NCBI RefSeq assembly: GCF_051201565.1
Contig: NZ_CP179200.1
Location: 990,001 to 1,022,000, forward strand
DNA: 32,000 nucleotides
Source of the DNA: Pseudothioglobus sp. nBUS_23
Lineage (GTDB): Bacteria > Pseudomonadota > Gammaproteobacteria > PS1 > Pseudothioglobaceae
Direction: 5' to 3'
The notes beneath the pieces are model-generated. The model worked only from the letters and a program-made list of their open reading frames with translations. It was not told where the DNA came from and made no database searches. Shown piece after piece: positions 30,637 through 32,000 of this stretch. The translations under genes and the position numbers were made by a program. The first letter of the stretch is position 1. Every line of letters begins with the position of its first letter.

Positions 30637-31944
30637 ATGAACAGAAGTGATCAAATTAAAGCGCTTGAAAAAGATTGGAAAGTTAACCCTAGATGGGATA
30701 ACGTAAAAAGACCTTATTCTGCTGAAGACGTTGTAAGGCTCAGAGGTTCAGTTCAACCAGAGTGTACTTATGCTAGACGAGGCGCTGAAAAGCTTTGGGA
30801 CTTAGTAAATGGCTCTTCCAAAAAAGGTTATGTCAATTGCATGGGTGCCATTACAGCAGGTCAAGCAATGCAGCAAGCCAAAGCAGGCATTGAGGCCATA
30901 TATCTATCTGGCTGGCAAGTAGCAGCAGACGGAAACACTTCAGAGACAATGTACCCAGATCAGTCACTTTATGCTTATGACTCCGTACCAACTATGGTTA
31001 GAAGAATTAATAATACATTTAAGAGAGCAGATGAAATTCAATGGTCCCAAGGAATAAATCCTGACGATGATAAATATATTGACTTTTTTCTTCCTATTGT
31101 TGCTGATGCTGAAGCCGGTTTTGGCGGCGTTCTAAATTCTTTTGAACTGATGAAGAATATGATAACGAATGGTGCAGCTGGAGCTCACTTTGAGGATCAG
31201 CTTGCAGCAGTTAAGAAATGTGGTCATATGGGAGGAAAAGTATTAGTACCAACCCAGGAAGCAGTTCAAAAACTAATCTCAGCTCGATTGGCATCAGATG
31301 TCATGGGAGTTCCAACACTATTATTAGCTAGAACAGATGCAGAAGCAGCAAATCTACTTACGTCTGACGTAGATCCTCATGATGCTCCGTTCATAACTGG
31401 TGAGAGAACTGCTGAAGGGTTTTATGTAGTAAAAAATGGCCTAGAACAATCAATTTCAAGAGGAGTTGCCTATGCACCTTATGCTGATTTAGTTTGGTGC
31501 GAGACTGGTAAGCCAGATCTTGGCTTTGCTCGTGAGTTTGCGGAAGCAGTTTTGGCTGAGAACCCAGGACAATTATTAGCTTATAACTGCTCTCCATCAT
31601 TTAACTGGAAGAAGAATCTTAATGACAGTGAAATTGCATCATTTCAGGAGAAAATTTCAGAGATGGGGTACAAGTATCAATTTATCACTTTAGCTGGTAT
31701 CCACAATATGTGGTATAACATGTTTGATCTTGCATACGAGTATGCTAAAGGCGAGGGCATGAAACACTACGTAGAGAAAGTTCAAGAGCCTGAGTTTAAT
31801 GCTGCAAAGAAAGGTTATACATTTGCCTCTCATCAGCAAGAAGTGGGTGCAGGTTACTTTGATGATGTTACAACCGTTATACAAGGTGGTGAATCATCGG
31901 TAACTGCTTTAAAGGGCTCGACTGAAGAAGAGCAATTTAGTTAA
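30637..31944 (+). CDS. aceA: isocitrate lyase AceA
   Basis: 435 aa with the catalytic motif KKCGHMGGK. By eye it is highly similar along its whole length to E. coli AceA ([54 protein letters not shown]). A strong SD (AAGGAGA) is present. Confidence 0.95.
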   Translation: MNRSDQIKALEKDWKVNPRWDNVKRPYSAEDVVRLRGSVQPECTYARRGAEKLWDLVNGSSKKGYVNCMGAITAGQAMQQAKAGIEAIYLSGWQVAADGNTSETMYPDQSLYAYDSVPTMVRRINNTFKRADEIQWSQGINPDDDKYIDFFLPIVADAEAGFGGVLNSFELMKNMITNGAAGAHFEDQLAAVKKCGHMGGKVLVPTQEAVQKLISARLASDVMGVPTLLLARTDAEAANLLTSDVDPHDAPFITGERTAEGFYVVKNGLEQSISRGVAYAPYADLVWCETGKPDLGFAREFAEAVLAENPGQLLAYNCSPSFNWKKNLNDSEIASFQEKISEMGYKYQFITLAGIHNMWYNMFDLAYEYAKGEGMKHYVEKVQEPEFNAAKKGYTFASHQQEVGAGYFDDVTTVIQGGESSVTALKGSTEEEQFS

Positions 31945-31966
31945 AGCCAAAACTGATTTAAAGAAC

Positions 31967-31990
31967 GCCCTTCTTTTTTGAGGGGCTTTC
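31967..31990 (+). terminator. possible rho-independent terminator after aceA
   Basis: GCCCTTC (31967-31973) pairs with GAGGGGC (31980-31986), with one G-U pair and a T6 loop. It is followed by only TTTC, so the T-tail is weak. Confidence 0.4.
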
Positions 31991-32000
31991 TAATTTAAAT

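Noticed and set aside
30617-30640. A seven-codon upstream mini-ORF (MKKGEKI-stop) has a TGA that overlaps the aceA ATG (ATGA), suggesting a leader peptide or translational coupling.
   Set aside because: It has no SD of its own. It lies in an A-rich tract that simply contains the aceA SD (AAGGAGA). An ATG here is expected by chance in this composition.

Overview
This window is a compact, AT-rich chromosomal core segment with Gammaproteobacteria-type gene order; the taxon call is inference from synteny and from by-eye similarity to remembered E. coli proteins. The supporting syntenies are ybeD-lipB-lipA, pdxA-rsmA-apaG-apaH, bamA-skp-lpxD-fabZ-lpxA and acpP-fabF. I support 35 CDS, of which one is partial at the left edge and one is a doubtful small ORF. 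Almost all are housekeeping: lipoate synthesis, PLP synthesis, 16S methylation, Ap4A hydrolysis, lysine/DAP, outer-membrane biogenesis and lipid A, MurJ, Gmk, sigma32, GroES/GroEL, topoisomerase IV B, queuosine, ACP/FabF and oligopeptidase A. Genes are tightly packed, with many 4-29 nt overlaps and even overlapping convergent stop codons. I saw no rRNA, tRNA, CRISPR array, transposase, integrase, phage gene, toxin-antitoxin pair or long repeat. I cannot point to a convincing new multi-gene system such as a defence system. The only accessory-looking part is the minus-strand block at 24.1-30.4 kb, which carries an IclR-family regulator, betB, betA, a DgoD-like enolase-superfamily protein and a beta-hydroxyacid dehydrogenase, and lies divergent from isocitrate lyase aceA. 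The points most worth a second look are: (1) an IclR-type regulator sits where BetI normally sits; (2) an ATTTCA(T/C) motif occurs four times and brackets -10-like hexamers upstream of betB and of the regulator gene; (3) the enolase-superfamily protein seems, by eye, to lack two conserved Asp residues; (4) rpoH lies 40 bp upstream of groESL. All functional calls rest on motif recognition and remembered homologues, not on database searches.
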